64,000 nucleotides of DNA. Origin: Octopus bimaculoides (lineage: Eukaryota). Location: NCBI RefSeq assembly GCF_001194135.2, contig NC_068988.1:33988329-34052328 (forward strand). Reading direction: 5' to 3'. The notes under the pieces were generated by a model that did no database searches, was not told the origin of the DNA, and was given only the letters and a program-made list of their open reading frames with translations. This document shows positions 38,471 to 50,315 of the stretch, in pieces (position 1 is the stretch's first letter; the number at the start of each line of letters is the position of its first letter). A program made the translations under genes and the position numbers.

Positions 38471-40345
38471 CTTTATGTAGCTAAATGTTCGATTCCTTTG
38501 CTACATCTGTCAACAAGCAATTAATTCAAGACAAAAGAAATCTCGATTCATAACATTGGTGCAGAAGTGATCAATAGAAATAGGAATGACAAGTCTATTT
38601 CTTGAACTGCCTAAACAATTTATCCTTGATGACATTTCATCCCACGTCATAGTTCACAGATCAGTATAGTTTACTCATCAGTTTGTTATCGACTATAAAT
38701 ACAATAATAAACCGTGTATCTATGGTTATTCCCTGTAGTGAAAGTAAACATTTTTGACGCGAACTTACACGCCCGTTAGATAGGAGTTTGTGTTGATTAC
38801 AACAGAGGTGAAGTAAGTGGAAGTGAAAGAATTGAACTAGACGCCAACAATTCACACAGATAAAACACCATCTCCACAGGACGTCATTACTACTTATTTT
38901 AAATTGAGTAAACAGGAACAATATAAAATTATGTACATTACGTGAGCATACTGCGCACTGCACGTTTCGAAAATCGAAGCTATTTCCAAAAGTTCGATAC
39001 CCAAACTACTACGCATTTTCACTGTTTCATTACAGAGTCTATAAATAATTGTTGTTGTTGTTCTTCTTGTTATTGGCAATAGGAGTAGCCTGGTGTTGTA
39101 GTTGGGGGGGGGTGATGATTTAGCATTTTATTCCAATATATTGGTATAACAACAGTTATTTACCAGACTAAAATACTTCAGGATATTGCAGATATTTATT
39201 AGCTAGATGGGAAATAAATGCGTATATATATATATATGTGTGTNNNNNNNNNNNNNNNNNNNNNNNNNNNNNNNNNNNNNNNNNNNNNNNNNNNNNNNNN
39301 NNNNNNNNNNNNNNNNNNNNNNNNNNNNNNNNNNNNNNNNNNNNNNNNNNNNNNNNNNNNNNNNNNNNNNNNNNNNNNNNNNNNNNNNNNNNNNNNNNNN
39401 NNNNNNNNNNNNNNNNNNNNNNNNNNNNNNNNNNNNNNNNNNNNNNNNNNNNNNNNNNNNNNNNNNNNNNNNNNNNNNNNNNNNNNNNNNNNNNNNNNNN
39501 NNNNNNNNNNNNNNNNNNNNNNNNNNNNNNNNNNNNNNNNNNNNNNNNNNNNNNNNNNNNNNNNNNNNNNNNNNNNNNNNNNNNNNNNNNNNNNNNNNNN
39601 NNNNNNNNNNNNNNNNNNNNNNNNNNNNNNNNNNNNNNNNNNNNNNNNNNNNNNNNNNNNNNNNNNNNNNNNNNNNNNNNNNNNNNNNNNNNNNNNNNNN
39701 NNNNNNNNNNNATATATATATATATATATATATAAGTTTCTCATGTAACCGCAGGCGTTTCGGGTGAGCCTAGGAACGATTGCTTCTTTTAGTGAGAGAC
39801 ATTGAGTGGAAAACTGTCTAACATCTATCTGCTGATAATACATATCAATAAAGATTTAAAATAAACAACTGCTCTAGTGTTGAAAGATATAAATGAGTTG
39901 CTGGAGAACACATGGAATCATGTAGTGTTTATTACTGCACAGTTAATACCTTCGTATAATCAGCTGCAGTCACTCTTTAAGAATACCTTTGAGAAATCCG
40001 CAGTATACGTGATAAATTGTACCTAGTAAAACCTTGATAGAAAGCAAAACTTGAAGGAAACATGAACATATCGAAGAGAACATGGACATATCGTCGTCAT
40101 ATCGATTATCTAATCACAGTAATAAAATGTAAGTGGTATAATGATTTCACAGATCACAAATTATAACTTATGTAAAAATTATTGAAACGCTACGGCAACT
40201 CTTCATGCCAAACTTAATGAAAAACTCAGTACTCTGAAGCACGAATTCAGGACACCGAGAGAAAAGCTTCTCTGCGGTAGGAACATTTTTCAGCGAGCTA
40301 GTGGTTGCCTCCAATCCAGAGGATATAAGGAAGGGAAAACCTTAC

Positions 40346-40390
40346 CGTTCGAAAGACCCCTCTAACGAGCATTTTCTTCCCTTCTAAGAT
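40346..40390 (-). CDS. Candidate 45-nt phase 0/0 exon (ILEGKKMLVRGVFRT), product unknown
   Basis: Acceptor AAATTTCTCTTCTCATTCCAG| and donor ACG|GTAAGG; one frame is open. No homology recognised. Confidence 0.3.
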
Positions 40391-41259
40391 CTGGAATGAG
40401 AAGAGAAATTTCAACTTCAATGTGTCTTGGTTAAATACTTCCAGGAAAGAATACATTGATAATAAATCAAACACAACCTACCTCGAAAATTCACATTAAA
40501 CAGTTTGCCTAGAGATTAATCTCTGGAGTTGTAGGCAAACTGAATACACTTTATACATAAACTTAATGGATCTGAAAGAGATATAATACTTGGAAACTCA
40601 TACAATGGCTGACCTTCTTTTCCAAATGCGTAGAATGTGATACAGAAATCACCCAAAGAAAAGAACTTTTTATTGTTAGTTTGTAAATGACTCACGTGTA
40701 TCTAAAGACCACTACTTGTACTACAAAACAAGACTACGAAAAGTTTGAAGCAAATTTGAATTGATCCACACTCTTGGTATTACCTCATATAAAGATTCCA
40801 AGTTTCATGCTGTTAGTTCTTTTATAGGATTCACAGTTTCAAGATAAAGTGACTTGCGGTTAAGAACATGTGTTACTCTAAATAAAATATCCGCTCCGTA
40901 TCCTCAATAGGAAAAGAAAATCTCTTCCACATTTTTTAATACTGGACCAAGGTTTTTATGTTACACATAGCGAATTGGTCGAGGACAGAGACACATAGAG
41001 GCTAAACTACAAGTGCAACGAAACTTGCAAGTCTACATATGGCGTCACAATTCGCGAGAGAAACGGTTGGCCACATTATCTACCGTTATTTTATTCATTG
41101 ATCATTTAATCAAATTTCTACCACTTCGTATTCTGCCCTTAATTATTAAGTCCTTATACATCGTTCTTGGCATGTATATATATATATATATATATATNNN
41201 NNNNNNNATTTATATTTATACAAACATTCATACATACATGCATAATACAAATATACATA

Positions 41260-41600
41260 GGCGGCGTGTATGTGTGGTAAGAAGTTTGCTTCTTAACCAC
41301 ATGGTTTCCCGTTCAGTCGCACTGCGTGGCACCTTAGGCGACTGTCGTCTACTATAACCTCGTGCCGACCAAGTCTTTGTGAGTGGATTCCGTTGATGGA
41401 AACTGAAAGAAGTCCATATGTATGTATGATTGTATCTACGAATGTGTGTCATTGTATCTGTGCTTGACCTCCCCTCCATCTCCGCTTGACAACACGTGTT
41501 GGTGTGTTTACGTCTTATAACTTGGCGGTTCGGCACAAAAGACCCATCGAATACGTAACAGGCTTTAGAACAAGTTCTGGGGTCGATTTGTGTAACTTTT
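41260..41600 (+). mobile_element. SINE family B, near full-length
   Basis: GTGTGGTAAGAAGTTTGCTTCTTAACCACATGGTTTCCCGTTCAGTCGCACTGCGTGGCACCTTAGGC..GGAAACTGAAAGAAG..CGCTTGACAAC..GGCGGTTCGGCAC..CTGGGGTCGATTTG. Confidence 0.9.
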
Positions 41601-41607
41601 CTAAATG

Positions 41608-41608
41608 T

Positions 41609-41677
<69 letters not shown>
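41608..41677. repeat. (GAT)n microsatellite
   Basis: Direct reading. Confidence 0.97.
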
Positions 41678-42169
41678 CCTAATATAATGTGATACACTAA
41701 AATCGGTTGGGTGAGCACATTTCTTAGAGTGGCAGAATAAGTAAAGAGATTGATTAATGTAATGTGATATTTATTTCTTCTGAGTTCAAATCTAGCCAGA
41801 GTGGACTTTACTTTTTATTATTAGCAGTTCAGTAAAATAGAGTGAGAGTCAAGTGCAGAATCAATAAAATCATCTATACCCTCACAGTTTAAAAAATTGT
41901 GTGCAATATTGTTGCTGTGACGCAAATCAATACGGTATAATATCCTGAAAGGTGGTGGCGTGAAAATTGTCGGTGGATTAGAAGAATTGGAAGAGTGACG
42001 CAGGAAAAAATAATTGCGTTTTATATTCTGAAATTTAATTTCCGCCAGGCTTAACTTCTCGTTTTATAGCTCCGTGCTTGATAATAAAAATAAACTAGTC
42101 AAGTACAGGAGTGGATTTAATCGCTCACTTAATCTCTAATTTCCGGCTGTAAACTTGTAGCCTAGTGTT

Positions 42170-42597
42170 TAGGGGTGTTGTGCCCACAATTATAAGATCT
42201 TGAGTTCGATTCCTGGGTTAGGTTAGAAGGCGCGCTGTGTCCTTGAGCTTGGCATTTAAACTAATTATTGCTCCAATATTGACTCAGTATCATAAGCTGA
42301 GCCTATGATATTGAGCCTATCATATTGACACAATATCATAGGCAGCACCAACACTCAATATTATTGGGTGTTGATGTTGCCCTCTCTCATTCTAGCTGTC
42401 ACATCCAGAGTGTCTTAATGAGATAAATGTGATGTGAGAACGAACGTGGGATGGGTGCACCACTTACACATATCAATTAGAACAAGCTACCTGCTCTCAA
42501 AACATCAGCGTTTACCAGTCACGTGTGCAGAACGGTATCCAAGCGAGGATGGAACTTGAATGGCTTATAAATAAAAACAACCCGAGAGCGTTTCGGT
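42170..42597 (+). mobile_element. Degenerate tRNA-derived CORE-like SINE interrupted by local inverted repeats
   Basis: GAGTTCGATTCCTGG B box, GCTGTGTCCTTGAGCTTGGCA core-like segment, GAGGATGGAACTTGAATGGCTTATAAATAAAAACAAC end. Confidence 0.6.
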
Positions 42598-42994
42598 ATT
42601 TAGTTTACGTACAATTATTATCTTCAGTGTTCAAAACTCTTCCAGGTTGATATTGCTTTTTTTTTTATTATTGTAGCTTACTTAAATAAGGTAACTAATA
42701 GTGAGGTAAATTAGATGAACTTGTTTTAATCATTGGAAATGTGGATTTGTGCAGTGAAAGAAATCAATATTGTATGGTAGCTAAATTTAATTAATGGCGG
42801 TTTATTTAATTGACTTATAAGGAGAACAGTCTCTTTCTTTCACAATATTAAGTTATGAAACATTATTAATGCTAAACCTATCTTTAATTAGGAACTGAAC
42901 CTTTAAAGTCATTGTTCTGGAAACCCATTTCCTTTATCATTATCTTTCGATTTCCCTATTTCCACACATGTATATGTATATGCGCGTGTGTGTA

Positions 42995-43061
<67 letters not shown>

Positions 43062-45257
43062 NNNNNNNNNNNNNNNNNNNNNNNNNNNNNNNNNNNNNNN
43101 NNNNNNNNNNNNNNNNNNNNNNNNNNNNNNNNNNNNNNNNNNNNNNNNNNNNNNNNNNNNNNNNNNNNNNNNNNNNNNNNNNNNNNNNNNNNNNNNNNNN
43201 NNNNNNNNNNNNNNNNNNNNNNNNNNNNNNNNNNNNNNNNNNNNNNNNNNNNNNNNNNNNNNNNNNNNNNNNNNNNNNNNNNNNNNNNNNNNNNNNNNNN
43301 NNNNNNNNNNNNNNNNNNNNNNNNNNNNNNNNNNNNNNNNNNNNNNNNNNNNNNNNNNNNNNNNNNNNNNNNNNNNNNNNNNNNNNNNNNNNNNNNNNNN
43401 NNNNNNNNNNNNNNNNNNNNNNNNNNNNNNNNNNNNNNNNNNNNNNNNNNNNNNNNNNNNNNNNNNNNNNNNNNNNNNNNNNNNNNNNNNNNNNNNNNNN
43501 NNNNNNNNNNNNNNNNNNNNNNNNNNNNNNNNNNNNNNNNNNNNNNNNNNNNNNNNNNNNNNNNNNNNNNNNNNNNNNNNNNNNNNNNNNNNNNNNNNNN
43601 NNNNNNNNNNNNNNNNNNNNNNNNNNNNNNNNNNNNNNNNNNNNATATATGCAAGTATCTATCTATACCTATCTATGTATGTATGTATGCATCTGTGTAG
43701 TGGCTGACTGGAAGCTGCAGGCTTAATAACTTAAGCTAAACTAATATCCTGAAGCGAATATTTCTGGAAACTGCTTTCGTTAATTACATCTAAAGCGATT
43801 CGTATTTCTCTAATGAGTAAGAATGAAGCCTGAAGACTGAGACTGCAATTAGAAAAAAAAAATATATGATAAAAAAACGAAAAAGAGAAAAGAAATGGAA
43901 AATAAACAAAAAAAAATGTTAAAAATGTAAAAGACTAGATGGAGTGAGTCTTTCAGACAGACAGACAGGCAGTTTGACATACAGATGGGCAGGGAAGAAG
44001 GCAATGGTAAAAATCTAGAGAATTAAATTAGTGCCATCTTGTTTGGTACTTGAAAGAATTGTTGGAGAGTATTTATTGACCCTAGAATGAGAGAAAAGGA
44101 ACTTACGGTGATTAGAGTGGCGTGCGTTTACAAGACGGTGTTTGGTTGAGGGTTGGGGGTTTGAAGTGTTTTTAGAGTGGTTCGGGTATATAAATAAAAA
44201 AAATTATCTGGCTAGAATCGTTTCTTTCTGCTCGCTTTCACAGTAAATTGTGGCGTGAACAATTCTTTGTTTTGTATCTATATTTAAACTTTGAATATTT
44301 TTTCTAAGAAATTCCGCGCCGTCTCTATCATTTTTGGTTTTTCTTTTACATTTATTTCTTATCTTAAGAATTCTTCTACAAAATTATTGAACTGTTAACA
44401 CAAAAGCAAAGGATTTAGTTTAGTTTCTTTTTTGATAGCCACTTGTTTTGAGTTATTTCTGTTTTTCATATTTTGCTGTTTGTACATTTATTTATTTAAA
44501 TTTTCGTTATATGTATATGTATATATATGTTATATATATATATATATATATNNNNNNNNNNNNNNNNNNNNNNNNNNNNNNNNNNNNNNNNNNNNNNNNN
44601 NNNNNNNNNNNNNNNNNNNNNNNNNNNNNNNNNNNNNNNNNNNNNNNNNNNNNNNNNNNNNNNNNNNNNNNNNNNNNNNNNNNNNNNNNNNNNNNNNNNN
44701 NNNNNNNNNNNNNNNNNNNNNNNNNNNNNNNNNNNNNNNNNNNNNNNNNNNNNNNNNNNNNNNNNNNNNNNNNNNNNNNNNNNNNNNNNNNNNNNNNNNN
44801 NNNNNNNNNNNNNNNNNNNNNNNNNNNNNNNNNNNNNNNNNNNNNNNNNNNNNNNNNNNNNNNNNNNNNNNNNNNNNNNNNNNNNNNNNNNNNNNNNNNN
44901 NNNNNNNNNNNNNNNNNNNNNNNNNNNNNNNNNNNNNNNNNNNNNNNNNNNNNNNNNNNNNNNNNNNNNNNNNNNNNNNNNNNNNNNNNNNNNNNNNNNN
45001 NNNNNNNNNNNNNNNNNNNNNNNNNNNNNNNNNNNNNNNNNNNNNNNNNNNNNNNNNNNNNNNNNNNNNNNNNNNNNNNNNNNNNNNNNNNNNNNNNNNN
45101 NNNNNNNNNNNNNNNNNNNNNNNNNNNNNNNNNNNNNNNNNNNNNNNNNNNNNNNNNNNNNNNNNNNNNNNNNNNNNNNNNNNNNNNNNNNNNNNNNNNN
45201 NNNNNNNNNNNNNNNNNNNNNNNNNNNNNNNTTTTTTTTTTTTTTTTTTTTGCAAAG

Positions 45258-45351
45258 CATTAGATGAGTCAGTTATAGAAACTATTTCTGGAAAGCGAAA
45301 ATTCTCAATGATTACATTAAAAAATACATATACTTCACAACATATTGAATC
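45258..45351 (+). CDS. Candidate 94-nt exon (ALDESVIETISGKRKFSMITLKNTYTSQHIE), product unknown
   Basis: Long poly-T tract plus GCAAAG| acceptor (or CATTAG| 6 nt downstream, same frame) and donor ATC|GTAAGA; open in phase 1 to 2. No homology recognised. Confidence 0.3.
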
Positions 45352-45846
45352 GTAAGAGCTGTTTCTCGGTTGTCTCCCTTCGTAATTCAGTTGTTTACCA
45401 ACAGGTTAACCCTTACAGAATAGACTTAGCCATAAAGGAACACTGATGCGAATACCTCATCTATATTTCTGGCAAACTGCATTCGGGACTCTTTCATACA
45501 ATTGTGGATGTCAGTGGCGTCACCAAATGTTAAATGAGGGATACGCATTGTAGGTTATATGCATGTATGTGTGTATCGATATGTACATAATCGTAGACGT
45601 ATATGCACACATACTTCTTTGTATGAGGATATTCCGCAGTGTTGTAGCATCTGGTCGTCTTCATGTTTAAAACTCTGATGAAGTTGTAGTTGCATTGTAC
45701 AATATAGGAGAAACAGCTGTAAGCTAATGGAGTTAATAACAAGATTTTGTATTCCTTTTTCATACCAGCTACTTATTAGCGCTCTGTACACGCCTGATAC
45801 TTCGTACAGAAACACATGTATATTGAGTTCTACCACCAAGTTGCCT

Positions 45847-45884
<38 letters not shown>

Positions 45885-46244
45885 NNNNNNNNNNNNNNNN
45901 NNNNNNNNNNNNNNNNNNNNNNNNNNNNNNNNNNNNNNNNNNNNNNNNNNNNNNNNNNNNNNNNNNNNNNNNNNNNNNNNNNNNNNNNNNNNNNNNNNNN
46001 NNNNNNNNNNNNNNNNNNNNNNNNNNNNNNNNNNNNNNNNNNNNNNNNNNNNNNNNNNNNNNNNNNNNNNNNNNNNNNNNNNNNNNNNNNNNNNNNNNNN
46101 NNNNNNNNNNNNNNNNNNNNNNNNNNNNNNNNNNNNNNNNNNNNNNNNNNNNNNNNNNNNNNNNNNNNNNNNNNNNNNNNNNNNNNNNNNNNNNNNNNNN
46201 NNTGCATTTTTTGCTAGCTCTGTGTAATCATTGTTTCAGAAAAG

Positions 46245-46995
46245 AATAATGGCAGACCCTCACCTTACTCAGCAAATGAAGAGGGAGGGTGTTATCGTGG
46301 TTATAAAGGCTGATCATAGCGATTTAGAAGTATCTCGATTGTTAAATGTTGCCAGATCTTTCATCAACAAAGTTTGTAAGGAGCTAGAGACTGAAGATAG
46401 AAACGTATCACCAGAATAAAACGCATTCTAAACGCTCTGAAATCATCAGAACGCCTGAATTTATCCAGTCAGTTCAACAGACCATTGATTACAATCCCAG
46501 AAAATCCATGGGGCCAATTGCAATCTCAATGTGTAGGAAGGAACAGTCACAAATGTTGTCCATGCAGTTATCAGGTATAAGTCTTATATGATGATGAGAG
46601 GTCAATTTGTCAGAAAATGCAAAAGAAAATAATTACATCAAATCTAAAAGGCCCTTAAAGAAACTAAAAAATCCAGCAGAAGGAGATTTGATTTGGTTTT
46701 TCTCAAAAAGTTAACAGAAGTGACAGATGGTTATGCGTAGTGTTATGCATACAAAAATTTCTGCAACTGTCCTGATTTTAGGGGTTGTCAGCAATGAAGG
46801 ATATGTGATGCCACCTTCTTTCCACAAGAAGTTAACATTGAGGTCCTGGAAATAATTGTTAAGCCCAGGATAGACAGTGTATGCAATGGAAGGTCATATG
46901 TGTTTCAGTAAGACTCTGCACTATCAAACGTGGCTCTAGTAACCCAGGAATGGATGACTGAAAATGTTCATGACCACATAACCCATAACGTCGGC
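46245..46995 (+). mobile_element. Tc1/mariner superfamily (maT/DD37D-like) transposase fossil
   Basis: MKREGVIVVIKADHSDLEVSRLLNVARSFINKV, HSKRSEIIRTPEFIQSVQQTID, VVHAVIRYKSYMMMRGQF, DLIWFFS, VMHTKISATVLILGVVSNEGYVMPP, VKPRIDSVCNGRSYVFQ*DSA. It carries deletions and frameshifts. Confidence 0.9.
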
Positions 46996-47544
46996 TAGAG
47001 ATGGTAGTGCTAGGCTTTGTTCAAGGTTATACTTTTAAAGTGACACACAGCAACTGATCTCCTAAAGAGGCAAGTAGTTAGTTTTAAATCTCTGAGCTTG
47101 AAGTAAGTAGTAACAGTACTACAAATTAGACTAATAGAAGGTTTAGATTGAAAATTAGGAGAAAGGATGAGAGAAAGTTATTAATAAGGGATTATCAAAC
47201 CGGAGAATGTACTTTATAACTAACCTGTCAATATACATATACAACACTAACAAAATGCTTGAGAATAGTAGAGAATAGTAGAGGCCGGATCCGGGGTTAT
47301 TGTTTATTACCAATGTAAATGTTTTTGAGTGTGGTGACCCAATTACACACACACAAAGACCACTTTGATTCTAGCTTCATTCTTCCATCCCATGCCTCCC
47401 CTCCTCTGTTTCTTCTCTTTCTTTCCCTCTTCCTCTTTTGTCTTTTTCTTTCCTTTAGTTCTTCTCTTCCAAGACATCGCGTCCTTTTCCACTTTTTGTC
47501 TTTATCTCCCTACAACTCACATATTTATTGTCACTTTTCGTTTA

Positions 47545-47717
47545 GGGGCGCAGGAGTGGCTGTGTGGTAAGTAGCTTGCTCATCAACCACATGGTTCTGG
47601 GTCCATTCCGACTGCGTGACACCTTGGGCAAGTGTCTTCTACTATAGCCTCGGGCCGAACAAAACCTTGTGAGTGGATTTGATAGACGGAAACTGAAAGA
47701 AGCCCGTCGTATATATG

Positions 47718-47750
<33 letters not shown>

Positions 47751-47944
47751 GTATGTGTGTGCATATATTTGTGTGTCTGTATTTGTCCCCCAATATCGCT
47801 TGACAACCGATGGTGGTGTGTTTACGTCCCCGTAACCTAGCGGTTCGGCAAAATAGACCGATAGAATAAGTACTAGGCTTCCAAAGAATAAGTACTGGGG
47901 TCAATTTGCTCGACTAAAGGCGGTGCTCCAGCAGGGCCGCAGTC
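47545..47944 (+). mobile_element. SINE family B, best-preserved copy, with internal (TA)n/(TG)n
   Basis: GGCGCAGGAGTGGCTGTGTGGTAAG A box, GGTTCTGGGTCCATTCC B-box region, ACCTTGGGCAAGTGTCTT, GGAAACTGAAAGAAGCCCGTCG, a microsatellite, then CGCTTGACAACCG..GGCGGTGCTCCAGC. Confidence 0.95.
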
Positions 47945-48329
47945 NNNNNNNNNNNNNNNNNNNNNNNNNNNNNNNNNNNNNNNNNNNNNNNNNNNNNNNN
48001 NNNNNNNNTATATATATATATACATATATATATATATACATATATATATGTACACATATATATATATTTATATATATATATATATAGATATATAGATAGA
48101 TAGATAGATAGATAGATTGATTGATAGATAGATATACATACACATACACGCACTAGCGCTAGGTAATGACTTTCATTTTTTCCTTATGCAACGCCAAAAC
48201 TATATCTGTCTATCTATCCCTCTATTTATTTTTCCAAATGTGTGTGCATGTGTTTGTGTTGTGTCTACGTGTGGGTGCGTGTGTCTGTGCCTGTGTGTGG
48301 TGTGTGAGTGTACTCTTATTTCTTTACTG

Positions 48330-48546
48330 CCTACAAAGGGCTATACGCAGAGGGGGAACAAACAACGACAGACAAATGGATTAAGTCGATTATATCGATT
48401 CCAGTGCGTAACTGGTACTTATTTAATCGACTCCGAAAGGATGAAAGGCAAAGTCGACCTCGGCGGAATTTGAACTCAGAACGTAACGGCAGACGAAATA
48501 CCGCTAAGCATTTCACCCGGCGCAATAACTTTCTGCCAGATCGCCG
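48330..48546 (-). mobile_element. SINE family A, full-length, well preserved
   Basis: ACTGGTACTTATTTAATCGACTCCGAAAGGATGAAAGGCAAAGTCGACCTCGGCGGAATTTGAACTCAGAACG..CATTTCACCCGGCG..GCCAGATCGCC on the plus strand. Confidence 0.92.
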
Positions 48547-48957
48547 TGTGTATGTATTCTATTAATGGCAATTCAGACACATTCTTGTAGTCTTGTTCCG
48601 CTAATATTTCTTTCCAATAATTACAAATATCTCGGATCTAATTGAATCGTTTTCGCCATTTGTAAATGGCAGTCTATCTCCACAATATATGTCTAGCTTT
48701 ACATTTCACCGTGTATATTTCTGTTTCCCAGACATAAACTTTTCTCACCTCTCAAGTATGAGTTTCATTTTTTTTTCTTTTTTTAGCTAACTATAATTTA
48801 TTTGAACGTCACGATACAATTGTGTAACTCTTCTACAATATCTTCAACATGGTAACTTTTAATAAGTGCAATGGGTGAAGTTAAAGCAATTCGTTATTTT
48901 ATCATCGTATTCTGTATAGTTTTTGTTTTGAATTTTATCAAAATCACAGCCTTTTTT

Positions 48958-48997
48958 CTTTTGTTTGTTTGTTTGTTTGTTTGTTTGTTTGTTTGTT

Positions 48998-49057
<60 letters not shown>
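48958..49057. repeat. (TTTG)n(TG)n microsatellite
   Basis: Direct reading. Confidence 0.95.
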
Positions 49058-49058
<1 letters not shown>

Positions 49059-50039
49059 CTGTTTTGTTTTTCGTGTTTCTATTTGTGCTTTGTGTTTGCA
49101 TAGACATCATGCACTAACAACTTTCTGTATACATTTTCTTTTCTCTTTTCCCCTCTCTCCTCTTCGCTCTCTTTGCTTCTATCCCTCACCTAGGTTTGCA
49201 TTTTTTATTGATTTAGTTTTATTATTTAGCGGGAAGGTAGTAGAATCCTTTTAGCGTCACAGAAAATAAAATAAATAAATGGACAAGAAAAAGAACACTG
49301 GCTTTTCGCAATTGCTCCAGCGGAGGTCAACGTTGTCATTTGTTCTTAAACGCTCGATAAAATATGGCACGATTCAAGTACAGGCGTCTTGATTTTGACT
49401 ACCTTCATGAGCGATGAGTTTTTAACAAGTGGTGGTATGGTAGAGACTTTTTTTTCCGAGCAATTGCAGCTAAAGTTTGAAGAGGAAGAGCTAAGTTCAC
49501 ACGTCTCACCTCTATTTTTCCTAACTCGTACGGCATTCACCAGTTTAGCACCCTTGTCTTCCACGAAGAAACTGTATCCATCCTTTGCAAAAGACTACCC
49601 CAACGAAAGAAATCCTGGTATTCTTGTTTTTGTTTATATTGTTGTTTATATCCTGCTGGTATTGTTCTAGTTGCTGCTGCTGCTGTTTCTACTGCTGCTC
49701 TTGTTGTCACTACTCTTACTGCTGGCCCTGCTACAGTTGTTACTGCTGCTGCTGCTCTCGCCGCTTTTGCTACTTCTACATTTGATTTTGATACCAATGC
49801 TGCTGCTCTAGCATTTTTACCATTGTTGCGGTTAATATTTTTGCGTTTCTTAATGGTGTTGTTGTTATTGCAGAAGCTCTTGTATCCTTCCAGTTGGATA
49901 TCATTTGTTCCGTCACAACTGTTCGCACTGGCTAGGAAGAAGAAGCAACCTATACCTGCAGAAAAGCCTCTACATCACCTGGGTGCCATGACACTGCATC
50001 TGTTTTCACATAGCAGGTCACGTTTTCACTCTTCCGAGC

Positions 50040-50315
50040 CATGGTTGTAATGACATGGATACCACATGGTTTCCGGTTTCGTGGCAACTGGCTCCTATGT
50101 AGCCCCATGCCAACCAATACCTTGTAAGAGAAATCTGCAGCGGAAAACATTGTACAAGCCAGTCGTTTAATATATATATATATGTATTTGTGTTTGTCCC
50201 TCAAATCTTTGATAATCGGTGTTAGTTTGTTAAGTTCGTATAAATTAGCAGCTTGACAAACGAGACCGACAGAATAAGTAACAAACTTACAAATTAAAAC
50301 CAGAATGGCCGTATT
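50040..50315 (+). mobile_element. SINE family B, old degenerate copy
   Basis: ACCACATGGTTTCCGGTTTC..ACCAATACCTTGTAAG..GTGTTTGTCCC..GAGACCGACAGAATAAGTAAC..CTTACAAA. Confidence 0.7.

Noticed and set aside
49346-49670. Overlapping open frames on both strands
   Set aside because: No homology recognised, weak splice sites, and it borders a CTG/CTA repeat.
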